From the IMG/VR virus record IMGVR_UViG_3300035208_001992: a DNA stretch of 64,000 bases; one strand, given 5' to 3'. This stretch comes from a virus (lineage: Duplodnaviria; Heunggongvirae; Uroviricota; Caudoviricetes). Below the pieces are notes generated by a model. It did no database searches. It was not told the DNA's origin and saw only the letters and a list, made by a program, of their open reading frames with translations. The translations under genes and the position numbers were made by a program. Each line of letters starts with the position of its first letter. Positions within the stretch are counted from its first letter, which is position 1. Below, piece after piece: positions 19,050 to 28,509 of the stretch.

Positions 19050-19526
19050 TTACGAATAGGCCTCATCAAGACTTGTCGCAAATGACTTCTCAGCGCAAGC
19101 AATGAACGTCTGCGCGTCGTGCTCTTCTGTGAACGGGCCGTGACACAAGAAGTCACGTTGACCTGCGATCTGTTGTCCATTTTCTGAAAGCTTGCGTACG
19201 TAAGTGACACCACGCGTTAGTTCAGTCATAGCTGATTGGCGTGAGCTGTCAAGTTGCCGTAGCAGCAAACCAGGGATGAGGACCAGTTGGAAGAAGCCAC
19301 CGTTACGATGGCGCATCCGCTTGCTCACGTACTCGACGATGTCAATGTCTGAGATCGCAGAATTGTCATCGTCCAGTGAGAGCGTGATCGGCGTTGACTT
19401 GACATGCAACTCGATGTGCTGCGGCAAATCTTTAAGCGTAGGCGGTGCAAAGCGTCCGCCAACAACGCTCAAACCAGCACGTTGTGCTGCGTTAGAGATA
19501 CGCCGCATTTCGTTGTCAGTCATCAT
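19050..19526 (-). CDS. Hypothetical protein with a degenerate leader, 158 aa
   Basis: ISNAAQRAGLSVVGGRFAPP followed by TLKDLPQHIEL. Confidence 0.75.
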   Translation of the reverse strand: MMTDNEMRRISNAAQRAGLSVVGGRFAPPTLKDLPQHIELHVKSTPITLSLDDDNSAISDIDIVEYVSKRMRHRNGGFFQLVLIPGLLLRQLDSSRQSAMTELTRGVTYVRKLSENGQQIAGQRDFLCHGPFTEEHDAQTFIACAEKSFATSLDEAYS

Positions 19527-20349
19527 CGCCGTTTTCCTCGTGTTCCTTGATCACTTGCTGGTACTTCTTACCAGCCTTCTTCAGGATCGTCTCTTCATGT
19601 CCATGCACGATCACTAGTGAAGCACGCTTGATCTCACGAATGAACGTGAGCGTCAAGTGACCTTCCCAGCCAGGAGCGTTATGGTCCATGAAGTGAACAG
19701 TTGAGTCACGAAGAGCGTTGAGCTCAGTAGCTGTCTGCATTGGGTTGTCTGCAACGAGCGCGACCGTGTAGCTGCCTTTACCGAACAGCTGATCGAGTGT
19801 ACGCTCCAGATTCCACTTAGTGATCTCTTGAACTTCGCGAACCATGTCTAACACGGTTTCTGGTATCTCAGTGCGATCGTTCAAGTGAAGATCTTTGTTC
19901 TTCAGCTTGATGGACTTGAAGTCATCTGGCAAGTCGCGTTCGTCAACGTCCCAGAAACTGCCCTTCTCTTCGATCTCGGAAATCACCTTGCGGATGTACT
20001 TGTCCAAGTTCGGGATAGTGAGATCCTTGTCTTCGATGTAGAGCAATTTCTGCAGATCAGCGAGACGCTCAGGCGACATCTCTTTTGGATTGTCTGCGAC
20101 GGTCTGCAAGAAGCGAGCATGCGACAGATTGAGAGGATCCTTGCGGCGTGTCTCAGCAACGAGCTTCTTCATTTCGGCTGGTTGCATCGCTGCCAAGTGC
20201 TCTAGTAGCTCTTGCATGCGCGCTAACCGACGTGTCTCTTCGGGAGGCGCCGAACGCCGATACTTCGGATCACCAACTGTGAGTTTGGCCTGGATCTCAA
20301 CGCCGTGCGTCTTGAGACTCCGCATAATGCTGAACAGATCGGCTTCCAT
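19516..20349 (-). CDS. Hypothetical protein, 277 aa
   Basis: Strong GAGGGGG RBS before the ATG at 20349; C-terminal part weakly resembles 20351-20830 (APGW vs SPGW). Confidence 0.75.
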   Translation of the reverse strand: MEADLFSIMRSLKTHGVEIQAKLTVGDPKYRRSAPPEETRRLARMQELLEHLAAMQPAEMKKLVAETRRKDPLNLSHARFLQTVADNPKEMSPERLADLQKLLYIEDKDLTIPNLDKYIRKVISEIEEKGSFWDVDERDLPDDFKSIKLKNKDLHLNDRTEIPETVLDMVREVQEITKWNLERTLDQLFGKGSYTVALVADNPMQTATELNALRDSTVHFMDHNAPGWEGHLTLTFIREIKRASLVIVHGHEETILKKAGKKYQQVIKEHEENGDDD

Positions 20350-20350
20350 G

Positions 20351-20830
20351 TCAGTTGTCCCCCTCAGCATCTTCACGTTGTTTGGACATCATCTCGAGAT
20401 GTTCGAGATACTTGTCCATTGCAGCGGCGACTTTCTTGCGATCGCCAGTGATGTAAAACACAGCGTTGCCAGCTGCCAAGAAGAAGGCTTCATTGCGCCA
20501 GCCTGGGCTTGCGCGATCCATGACCTGCTCGATGTATGACTTGCAATCCTTTGCCTTAACGTGCCGAAGCTCATCAGTGAAGCTCTGGACGTTAGCGTCA
20601 TTGCCTGCGATGCGCTCAACCAGACGCAGCGTCAAGCGCTCGCCCTTTGACAGATCAGCGATCTTGTCGAAGATCTCTTCTGGCGTGCCGATCTCGCGCT
20701 TCTGCTTTGCTGGTGCGCCCTTGGCTGGCGCAGACTTCGTTGGCGCTGCTTTTGTGGCAGCCTTCTTCGGAGCGGCTTTTGTTGGAGCAGCTGCCGGTTT
20801 TGGCTCGGCTGCTTTCTTTGCTGGTCTCAT
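20351..20830 (-). CDS. Protein with a histone H1/AlgP-like Lys-Ala-Pro N-terminus, 159 aa
   Basis: MRPAKKAAEPKPAAAPTKAAPKKAATKAAPTKSAPAK; GGAG RBS. Confidence 0.75.
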   Translation of the reverse strand: MRPAKKAAEPKPAAAPTKAAPKKAATKAAPTKSAPAKGAPAKQKREIGTPEEIFDKIADLSKGERLTLRLVERIAGNDANVQSFTDELRHVKAKDCKSYIEQVMDRASPGWRNEAFFLAAGNAVFYITGDRKKVAAAMDKYLEHLEMMSKQREDAEGDN

Positions 20831-20884
20831 CGTATGATCTCCAGTGGACTGTATTGTCCCGATAATAAGAATTGAGCTAATTTA

Positions 20885-21373
20885 TTAGTCGACTTCATTC
20901 CACATGGTGGACTTAGCGAACTCAAGGCCACGTGGTGAATTGAGCGTGTTGTTGAGCGCAACGAACAAGACTTTGAATAGGCGCTTTGGATCGCCTTTAC
21001 CTGTTAGCTCGAGTATCCAGGTCTGCGCTGAGAATCCAGGTCGATAAAATGTGTTGCTCGATCTTACGTATAGCACTAGCATTTGGCTGCCAGTACTGTA
21101 GCGCACTTCAAGCGAGATACTTGTGTCTTTAGGCATCAGTCTCGTTGGAGCCACGTACCTATATGTGAAGCCATCACCATCTTTATAGAGCTTGCCGAGC
21201 AATCGCGTCTTAACATCAATTGGATCTTCAACGCCATTGCTCAATTGGTATTGCAGTGCAAAGCTCTTTGGTGGCCTGGACTTGATAGCTTGCTTCAGGA
21301 ACTCGACTGGGTCGCTGAACTGGTCAGCTTCAGACGCTGTACGTGCAATGATTGCCAACGCCGGTGTTAGCAT
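20885..21373 (-). CDS. Leader-motif cargo protein, 162 aa
   Basis: MLTPALAIIARTASE. Confidence 0.85.
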   Translation of the reverse strand: MLTPALAIIARTASEADQFSDPVEFLKQAIKSRPPKSFALQYQLSNGVEDPIDVKTRLLGKLYKDGDGFTYRYVAPTRLMPKDTSISLEVRYSTGSQMLVLYVRSSNTFYRPGFSAQTWILELTGKGDPKRLFKVLFVALNNTLNSPRGLEFAKSTMWNEVD

Positions 21374-21960
21374 TAGCCTATCTCTTCTACCTGATGATCA
21401 AGCGATTGTAATGGCAAGTCACTGTCGATTCTGACCTTCACTGGTATCCCGTCGCAGTCGACCTTCAGATCAGCAGTGATGTGCATGGTCGTACCAGTGC
21501 ATGTGATACGCTGATTCGACAGCTGAGCATTGCTGGCTTCACTGAGCAACAATGATACGATTTGCGGATCATCATTTGCTGTCGCATACATCTGTAGTGC
21601 TTCAGCCAGATTCGCAGCAACTTCGTCTTCACCAATGTCAGCTGCTATGTCAAGCAGTTCTGTTGCGGCCACTGCGACTGCGTCAAGCTGTGACGCGCCG
21701 CCAAGCTTGATACTCAACTGCTGAAGCAGATCAGTGAGATTCTTCGCAGCGATGATCACGTATTCGCGCATGAACTGAGAAGCCGGAGCCATTGGCCCCT
21801 TAAGGATCTTGTTCAGCTGATCAACAACCTGCGAGATTGCAGCGATCGACGCGGTGAGCGCAGATCCTGGATCCATCTTCTTCGCTGGGTTGACAAGCGG
21901 GATTGGGCGCTTGTAGCGCTTGTTCCCACTGCCACTGAAGTTAGAGCGCTTGATTGGCAT
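21373..21960 (-). CDS. Hypothetical helical protein, 195 aa
   Basis: Long ORF coupled to both neighbours. Confidence 0.75.
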   Translation of the reverse strand: MPIKRSNFSGSGNKRYKRPIPLVNPAKKMDPGSALTASIAAISQVVDQLNKILKGPMAPASQFMREYVIIAAKNLTDLLQQLSIKLGGASQLDAVAVAATELLDIAADIGEDEVAANLAEALQMYATANDDPQIVSLLLSEASNAQLSNQRITCTGTTMHITADLKVDCDGIPVKVRIDSDLPLQSLDHQVEEIG

Positions 21961-21961
21961 C

Positions 21962-22480
21962 TCAGGACTTCCGCTGCTTTATGATGTTCACGTAGACTGC
22001 AAGTGGTGATGTATCACTGTTCTCAGACCATACTGAAATCGTCAGTTCAGCGCGCATTGGAACGCCAGCATCTTCGAAATGTGCAATGGCTTTAGCGCCA
22101 TGCGAGTCACTTGAGAATGCAAGTCCACGACGTACGCCGTAGACAACGTCAAGACACTTCTTGAGAGTCGGACCGTATAGATCTTTGACAAGCTTTGCGC
22201 CTGCATCTATGGCTTCGTCTTTGGCGTACTTCTTGACAGACAACACTGGATTCTGCTGATACGTCATCGGCAGGATCTGTGCAGCCGATGCTTCACCAGC
22301 CAAAAATGGCTTGATTGTTGTCAGACCGTACTTGGCGCCAGCTTTGAAGTCACGCTCTTCCCATAGTGCCTTCTTGGGGAAGACATTTGTGAAGTGCTCG
22401 AACAGCTCGCGCAGTTTGCTTTCAGCATCTGTTTGCTCAGCAGCAAGCGCCATTGAAACGAGAGTTAGAGCCGTGCTCAT
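21962..22480 (-). CDS. Hypothetical protein with a degenerate class A leader, 172 aa
   Basis: MSTALTLVSMALAAE; start lies 1 nt after the upstream stop. Confidence 0.75.
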   Translation of the reverse strand: MSTALTLVSMALAAEQTDAESKLRELFEHFTNVFPKKALWEERDFKAGAKYGLTTIKPFLAGEASAAQILPMTYQQNPVLSVKKYAKDEAIDAGAKLVKDLYGPTLKKCLDVVYGVRRGLAFSSDSHGAKAIAHFEDAGVPMRAELTISVWSENSDTSPLAVYVNIIKQRKS

Positions 22481-22481
22481 C

Positions 22482-23126
22482 TTACTTTTCCTCCTTGCCG
22501 AACTGCTCGACCTGCCGTGGGCCTTGATTGAAGTAGCCACGCTGATCTGCTGGCTTTGCGAGATTGGCATTGCGCTGCGCAAGCTCACGCTTGATTGTTC
22601 CAAGCTTACGCTCGAACGGCATTGGACGAACTGACGTGCCGCTAAACTGCAAACGCGCGTCAATCTTGCGCTTGATCCAGTACAGCATCAAGCCGAGCGT
22701 GAAGCCACCAAAGTAGCCGCTGAGCAACCGCTTGATCGCGTCAACGACCTTCTCGGAGTCTTGCTGGATGTCAATCGCAGCAGTGACGCCTTCGGTCTTG
22801 AACCATGCTTCGATGACCGTCGATGCTTCAGCTTGCGTTTGCTCGAGCGTTTGAGTTGCCTTCACGCTCCAAATGTTTGGCTGGAACATGAACTTCGGAT
22901 AGGTGTCAGGCGTCTTCAGCAACGACGCTGGAACAACGATGCGCTTGCCTTCAAGATCAGGACGGTCGCGATCTAACGCAATCTCTGTCTCTACTTGATC
23001 ATCGCCGTACGTGCGAATGGTCTTGACGTACTTGCGCTTGAATTCACCGTTTGGTCGTTGGACTTGATAGATCGCGTCAAGCACGACCTCTGGCTTCTTG
23101 TCCAGACTGGAGGTTGTCTCGCTCAT
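22482..23126 (-). CDS. Hypothetical virion protein, possibly tail completion/terminator-like, 214 aa
   Basis: Start MSETTSS overlaps the TGA of the 50-aa ORF; close to the putative neck gene. The function is positional inference only. Confidence 0.55.
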   Translation of the reverse strand: MSETTSSLDKKPEVVLDAIYQVQRPNGEFKRKYVKTIRTYGDDQVETEIALDRDRPDLEGKRIVVPASLLKTPDTYPKFMFQPNIWSVKATQTLEQTQAEASTVIEAWFKTEGVTAAIDIQQDSEKVVDAIKRLLSGYFGGFTLGLMLYWIKRKIDARLQFSGTSVRPMPFERKLGTIKRELAQRNANLAKPADQRGYFNQGPRQVEQFGKEEK

Positions 23127-23275
23127 TTCACAGGCTCCTTGCGTTGCTTTGGCACGAAGAACTTTTTGCAGCGTGGACACTGCACAGTATGATTTGTTGC
23201 TGGATGCAATGTACCGCAGTTCGGACAAGCTACACCGACAGACAATATTGGTCGGCGCTGATTGCAGCAACTCAT
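23123..23275 (-). CDS. Small zinc-ribbon protein, 50 aa (not in the track)
   Basis: MSCCNQRRPILSVGVACPNCGTLHPATNHTVQCPRCKKFFVPKQRKEPVK; CPNC and CPRC; ATGA overlaps at both ends. Confidence 0.75.
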   Translation of the reverse strand: MSCCNQRRPILSVGVACPNCGTLHPATNHTVQCPRCKKFFVPKQRKEPVK

Positions 23276-24087
23276 TGCCGCGCAGCGATGTAATCCACAG
23301 CGAACTGAGCAGCGATCTGCTTGTTCGTTGCTTCGTCGAAGATGTCTTCCCAGCTGCGATGACCTGAACCAGCGTCTGCATAGTAGCGTTGTGCAATCAG
23401 TCGCACGAACGGAATGTACAGGTTAGTGATCTGATTTTGATCGAGCTCAATGCCGCGCTCAGTGTCGCGCATTGCCTTCTCAACTGCGATCTTAGCATCT
23501 TGCAGATCCTTGTCACCGTCGACAACGTTTTTGAAGGCTTCGAATGAGACTTCAGCGAATTCTGACAGCTGCTTGTACTTGACACCATGTGCGCTGACGA
23601 GCTGTCGAGTCGGCTTAGATCGTTGAATCGCACTTGCGATGACAGTCAATGCTGTAGCAAGCGTGAACCCTGTCTGCGCAGATAGCTGCTTGATGACCAT
23701 GTCATGCTCGCGATTGATCGCGCTGTAGAGTTCTTCGCGGTCATCACCATAGCTGTCAAGCCATGCCTTGTTGCGTCGCAGAAAGCGGTAGTTGTCCGAT
23801 GCGGCTTGCAACAGCTCTTTGCCAGGTGAACGAACCTTGAAGCAAACGTATGCTGATGCAGCGCGCAACAGATTGCCGCGATCATTGAAGGTGTTGCTAT
23901 GAAGCACTTTCAACAGCGCAGACAAGCGAGCAGCTGGCTGCATACGATTGAGACGCTCGTCTAGTGCAAGCGCGTCATCGTTCTCGTCCCAACGCACGCC
24001 GAAATGGTTTGCTTTGTTCATTGTGACTTTTCTTGTTGGAATGTTAGCCGACTGCATGTCAGATTGGGAACTTCTGGTAGACTTCAT
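23272..24087 (-). CDS. Hypothetical helical protein, up to 271 aa
   Basis: Long ORF; alternative start at 24021 (MNKANH). Confidence 0.75.
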   Translation of the reverse strand: MKSTRSSQSDMQSANIPTRKVTMNKANHFGVRWDENDDALALDERLNRMQPAARLSALLKVLHSNTFNDRGNLLRAASAYVCFKVRSPGKELLQAASDNYRFLRRNKAWLDSYGDDREELYSAINREHDMVIKQLSAQTGFTLATALTVIASAIQRSKPTRQLVSAHGVKYKQLSEFAEVSFEAFKNVVDGDKDLQDAKIAVEKAMRDTERGIELDQNQITNLYIPFVRLIAQRYYADAGSGHRSWEDIFDEATNKQIAAQFAVDYIAARQ

Positions 24088-25033
24088 ATTTCTGAACCCA
24101 CCGAGCTGTCAGATCGAAACTTGTGTATAGACCGAGCGCATAGTTTGGTTTCACTTCAGTGATCTTCCAATAGCGTGAGCGCTCGATGTAGAAAAGGAAA
24201 TCATCAATCGTGAATGTTGTGATGCGACCGCTACGGTTCTTGCCAGCAGCGCCCATCACAATCTGCACGGAACCAAACTGCTCGTCGTATCCGTACTCCT
24301 GCAATGAGACCGACTCGGTGTTGACTGGTAAGTCACCAGCTAGCATGCATTCGTCTTTTGGAAGCACACCATAGCGCAAGTACCACTTGAGGAACTTTGG
24401 TGATGGCTTATCTGGCGTGTCTCGCTTGAGTGTGATCTCGAAGTCGAGCTCTGTAGCAGCACCAAGCACTGACGTCAATGAAGACGAATCCGTCACGTTG
24501 ATCCAGACAGTTGCACCAGCTTTGCGCGCCAAGATTGTGACGTCGCCCTTCACCATGCGATTCATATGGTCAAAGTAGCCGGAGTTAGCAGCAAGCCTGA
24601 TGCGACCGCGGATGACACCCTTAGTGGCACCGTCTTCAAGCACGAAGCTCGACGGCAACGTATCGGAGTGCTCGACGATGTTGATCAAATCGAGCCCAGG
24701 GTACGTGCTGTCGATCGTCTCAGAGCGTGTTCCGTATTTGTCGTAGCCACCAACGATGCCAGTGCCGTAGCAGATCTGGCAAACTGACGACGGAGATGAT
24801 TGCTCACCAAGCGAGCAAGAGCAACGGCGACCAGCGTTGCGACGCTTGTAGTAGTAAAACCAGCGCGTGTCAACGTTGAGTGCATTGTCTGTCATCTGTT
24901 GAATTTGCTTCACCAGATCAAGAGAAATGCGACGAGGGTTGTCGCCCATGTGGTCAGTGCGCGTGTACACGCGGCCAGGATCATCTCGATGCTGCTGCGT
25001 ACGCTCATTTGGCCGGTATTGGCGCAATCCCAT
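24059..25033 (-). CDS. Probable neck/head-closure protein with a Cys cluster, 324 aa
   Basis: RRCSCS...VCQICYGTG, beta-rich C-terminus (YWKITEV, FDLTARW); near the portal gene. Confidence 0.55.
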   Translation of the reverse strand: MGLRQYRPNERTQQHRDDPGRVYTRTDHMGDNPRRISLDLVKQIQQMTDNALNVDTRWFYYYKRRNAGRRCSCSLGEQSSPSSVCQICYGTGIVGGYDKYGTRSETIDSTYPGLDLINIVEHSDTLPSSFVLEDGATKGVIRGRIRLAANSGYFDHMNRMVKGDVTILARKAGATVWINVTDSSSLTSVLGAATELDFEITLKRDTPDKPSPKFLKWYLRYGVLPKDECMLAGDLPVNTESVSLQEYGYDEQFGSVQIVMGAAGKNRSGRITTFTIDDFLFYIERSRYWKITEVKPNYALGLYTSFDLTARWVQKYEVYQKFPI

Positions 25034-25047
25034 TCAAGTCACCTCAG

Positions 25048-25743
25048 TCAGCGTTGTATGTTAATGAGAAGAGGTGAAAATGCAAGCGCCGCGATTGCAG
25101 CGTGACTTCCAAGGTCTCCTAAGTTGCTCAACAGCATTGCAGCTGAATCACGTCCATCACGCTCGTCTGCATCACAAGCACTGTCGAGATCAACGCTTGA
25201 CAGATCAACAACGTGACTGTCGAAGTCCTCGATCTTGATCTCACGGCGATAATTCAGGTTGAGCAAGATGCCGTAGTCAATCTCGTTCGATACACGCCAG
25301 CTATTGTCTGTGACAAGCTCTGGCATGACCGAGTAGATGCTGAGATAGTAGTCTTCGTTTTCAAGCCGTGTAGGATCAAGCTCAAGCGGATCAACGCGCA
25401 GCACTGACGGCTTGTGACGCTTCATCCAGTTCTTCATGAACGCAGGATAAGGCGGTTTCAATCCAGGCCCAAGTATGACAAGGTTCGGGCTAAGCCCAAC
25501 AGCCTTGAAGACGCGATCGAATCGATCATCATAGAAGCCAATGATCTTCACGTCGTAACCAACACCAGGAGGAGCAATTAAGCTACTCGACTGGCCGATG
25601 AAGCTACGATACGCGTTTCGCATCGCGTGCACCCGAGCCCGATCAAGACCAACGCAAAACACGAGATAGCGTGGTCTTTCTGCAGGCTCTTCAAGATCTG
25701 TGATGCTTGGACTTACTTGTTCAGTTGTGAGCTTGTCATTCAT
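25048..25743 (-). CDS. Hypothetical protein, 231 aa
   Basis: Long ORF with an alpha/beta pattern (PNLVILGPG). Confidence 0.7.
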   Translation of the reverse strand: MNDKLTTEQVSPSITDLEEPAERPRYLVFCVGLDRARVHAMRNAYRSFIGQSSSLIAPPGVGYDVKIIGFYDDRFDRVFKAVGLSPNLVILGPGLKPPYPAFMKNWMKRHKPSVLRVDPLELDPTRLENEDYYLSIYSVMPELVTDNSWRVSNEIDYGILLNLNYRREIKIEDFDSHVVDLSSVDLDSACDADERDGRDSAAMLLSNLGDLGSHAAIAALAFSPLLINIQR

Positions 25744-25763
25744 GCTACTACCTTTGGCTTAGT

Positions 25764-26336
25764 TCACTTGTTCAGCAAGTTGCCGACGTAGTCAAACGCG
25801 CCGTCGAGAAGTTTAGCGCCAACAATTGCAGCGGCGCCGACTATGAGCGAGAATTTCAACTTTAGACTTCCAAGTGCGCTCTTTAACGCATTGACAGTCT
25901 TGATCAACGTGTCCACTTTAGTAGACATCTCGTCAATCACAGTCTTATCAGCAACGCGTTCGCGCTCAAGCTGCTTGACACGCTGCTCTGGTGAGCTGTC
26001 AACGTGTTCGAGCCTGTTGCGTAGATCTGTAAGTTCACGTTGCTGGAACGCTGCGTCGATTGCCTTCTTGACTATCTCATGAACGACATCAACGTCGATC
26101 TCATCAAAAGCTTGTTCGAGCTTTTGCACGCGCGAAGGTAATGATTCTACGATCATACGCAGACTCGATAAACGCTCGTTGCTTGCAGCGCCAGCACTAC
26201 GAATCTCATCAATGATTTCGAAGATGCGCCCTACTTCTTCGCGCAGTCTCCTAAATTCTGCTTGTGCATACGCACGAATCTCAACGATCGATGCATACTG
26301 TTGATTGTCGTGATCTTGGCTCTGGCCTTCAGGCAT
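25764..26336 (-). CDS. Coiled-coil protein with a C-terminal hydrophobic helix, 190 aa
   Basis: Heptad-rich body; FSLIVGAAAIVGAKLL membrane-like segment. Confidence 0.7.
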   Translation of the reverse strand: MPEGQSQDHDNQQYASIVEIRAYAQAEFRRLREEVGRIFEIIDEIRSAGAASNERLSSLRMIVESLPSRVQKLEQAFDEIDVDVVHEIVKKAIDAAFQQRELTDLRNRLEHVDSSPEQRVKQLERERVADKTVIDEMSTKVDTLIKTVNALKSALGSLKLKFSLIVGAAAIVGAKLLDGAFDYVGNLLNK

Positions 26337-28509
26337 TGGTCACTCCGGAGTACAGGTATTTTCCGCTAACGCGGTCATCAACACCTTGCATCTGTCGCAG
26401 TACGGCGCGGGCGGCTACCGATGCGGCGTCTTTCTTGATTCTAGTTTGAGCAAGTTGATAAAATGCGGGGGATATAGCTTCATTGAGTTCTTTAGATCGT
26501 GCGTACAACGCGGCAATGATCACTAACTCATCACGCACGAGTTTGAGACGCTGTTTGGAGATGTCATTCTGCTTCGAGATAGCGGCGAATTGCTCAGCGA
26601 TTGTGAGCAAGTATGCTGTATCAACAGGGCAACGAGCATAACCAGCGCGAGCCAAGACGTACTTGACAGTCTCGACTTGCTGATCATTATCCGTACGCTC
26701 GGCGATAAACCGCTCGAGTGCCGGCCAATCAGTCAAGATCTCCATGGCCTTGTGATTCGCAGTGATCTCGTTGAAGATCTCATTGATCGACTGAGGTGCA
26801 ATGCCAAGTATGCGCTTGTCAGAATCGAATCCGACAAATGATGCAAGCACGTTGATGCCAAGGTCATCGATGGTGAAGGCATTGTAGTAGCGACTGCCGT
26901 CATTGGCTGCACTACCAAACGCGCCACCGCCGCCTCCGCCAAAGCCACCGCCTTCAGCAGGCTTCGGCTGATACTTCTTCAGCTTCTTGCGAAGCGCAGC
27001 ATCATCAGGCAGTGTCTCGACGAGTTGCGTGAGATCGATACCAGCAGCTGAAGCCCACATACTAACTGGGATGGGCACGCCCTTTGTCTCAGCTTTCTCA
27101 AGGATGTCGAAGTAGGCTTGGTCAGACTGTGGTGACAGGTTCTTCGTCCAATGCACCATCGGGATTTCGAGATCCTTGAACGGGATCTTGAGAGCTTCAT
27201 CGACAGAGAGCGGAGCGGCAGACACGCGACGTCCGCCTGTGCGTACGTTGTGTGATGCGTCAGCTTGTGAGCGATCGCTCTTCAACAGACCGTGTGCACG
27301 CGCGATTTGAGCGAACAGCATGCGGTAGATCACTTGATTCGTCAAGTGTGACCGCACAACCTTCTGGCCCTCAACGAACATCGTAAGGGTTGCGTCCATC
27401 GTGTTGAAGTTAGCATCACCCGACAGGATCGCTTCAGAGATGCCAAGGCCATTGAGCTTCGCAGCGCGTAGCTGGTCTTGCTCGTCAGAGATCTTCCAGT
27501 GGTCTGAGCCAGCACGAACTTCACCAACGTTGAAGCCGTTGCGCGTGACGATCACTGCGCCTGCTGGATCTTCTTCAGATTGCAGGAACAAGTTCGTAGC
27601 GTCGGCCATCTCAGCGTCGGTTGGTTCCCAAACCTGATCAATGCCCATCTGCACATGCAAAATTGAGCGAGTACGACGACGAGCATTTGAGATCGTCGAA
27701 GACAGCAACGCACGCTCGATCGCGTAATATGGCAAGATGCGCCAGAATAGCGACGTGCCCTTCCAGTCAGTCATGCTGACACGACGCGGCACGAAGAGCG
27801 TTGTTAGCGGGTCAAGCTCAGCACGGCCCTTCTTGAGGGCATCGATCAGACGCTTTGGAATGCGTTCACGCGCGATCTTGTCGCGTGGATCAGTTGATGA
27901 AAGCAAGCGCTGCATTTCAGTTGAAGCAGTGACGTCAATGCGCGGATCGAATCCACGGATTGGAATGCCTTCAAGAATGCAGTGCGCGGGATTGTGCGGG
28001 ATGATGTCAGTCCAAGTGCCAAGCTCTTGCGAGAACACGAGAGTCGAGATCGAACGACCGTACTTCAAGAACTCGCCATGGATTTCTGGCATGGTGACGA
28101 TCGGATTGAACATATCCAATGCGTCAGCAAACAACTTCATTTTCGCTGGATCTTTGATGCCTGACAGCGTGTAGTCAGACCATGCAAATGTGCGAAGCAT
28201 GTCAACAGCGGTACCAGCAACTGCGTCAGTCTGGTAGATGCGCTCGAACAAGCTCATGAGCTGCGCGTCAGCCTTGGGGATAACGTCATCAAGCAACCAA
28301 TCGCGATCAAGGCCTTCGTTTGAAGGGTTGTAGCGATCAGTTTGCGCGCCGGCAGCTTTGACGCGCGTTAGTGGCTCACTGCCACGATACACGCTTCGCG
28401 TGGACGAGTTGCCCACGTTGCCGACGATCAAGTTGTTGTAGCCCGGTGTAGCCAACGGGTTCATGTACGAACCGATAGGCGTTTTCCCGACTTGGAAAAT
28501 TGGAGGCAC
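26329..28509 (-). CDS. Portal protein, 726 aa
   Basis: Portal-like segments FERIYQTDAVAGTAVD, EFLKYGRSISTL, RRTRSILHVQMG, AKLNGLGISEAILSGDANF; near terminase; recognised by pattern. Confidence 0.8.
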   Translation of the reverse strand: MPPIFQVGKTPIGSYMNPLATPGYNNLIVGNVGNSSTRSVYRGSEPLTRVKAAGAQTDRYNPSNEGLDRDWLLDDVIPKADAQLMSLFERIYQTDAVAGTAVDMLRTFAWSDYTLSGIKDPAKMKLFADALDMFNPIVTMPEIHGEFLKYGRSISTLVFSQELGTWTDIIPHNPAHCILEGIPIRGFDPRIDVTASTEMQRLLSSTDPRDKIARERIPKRLIDALKKGRAELDPLTTLFVPRRVSMTDWKGTSLFWRILPYYAIERALLSSTISNARRRTRSILHVQMGIDQVWEPTDAEMADATNLFLQSEEDPAGAVIVTRNGFNVGEVRAGSDHWKISDEQDQLRAAKLNGLGISEAILSGDANFNTMDATLTMFVEGQKVVRSHLTNQVIYRMLFAQIARAHGLLKSDRSQADASHNVRTGGRRVSAAPLSVDEALKIPFKDLEIPMVHWTKNLSPQSDQAYFDILEKAETKGVPIPVSMWASAAGIDLTQLVETLPDDAALRKKLKKYQPKPAEGGGFGGGGGGAFGSAANDGSRYYNAFTIDDLGINVLASFVGFDSDKRILGIAPQSINEIFNEITANHKAMEILTDWPALERFIAERTDNDQQVETVKYVLARAGYARCPVDTAYLLTIAEQFAAISKQNDISKQRLKLVRDELVIIAALYARSKELNEAISPAFYQLAQTRIKKDAASVAARAVLRQMQGVDDRVSGKYLYSGVTNA

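Noticed and set aside
16842-23396. Long N-terminal extensions of track ORFs 16842-17810, 21962-22663 and 22482-23396
   Set aside because: They overlap upstream genes; internal starts give coupled junctions and, where present, place the leader at the N-terminus.
25048-25743. Response-regulator receiver domain
   Set aside because: PNLVILG lacks the phospho-acceptor Asp and the other receiver motifs are not evident.
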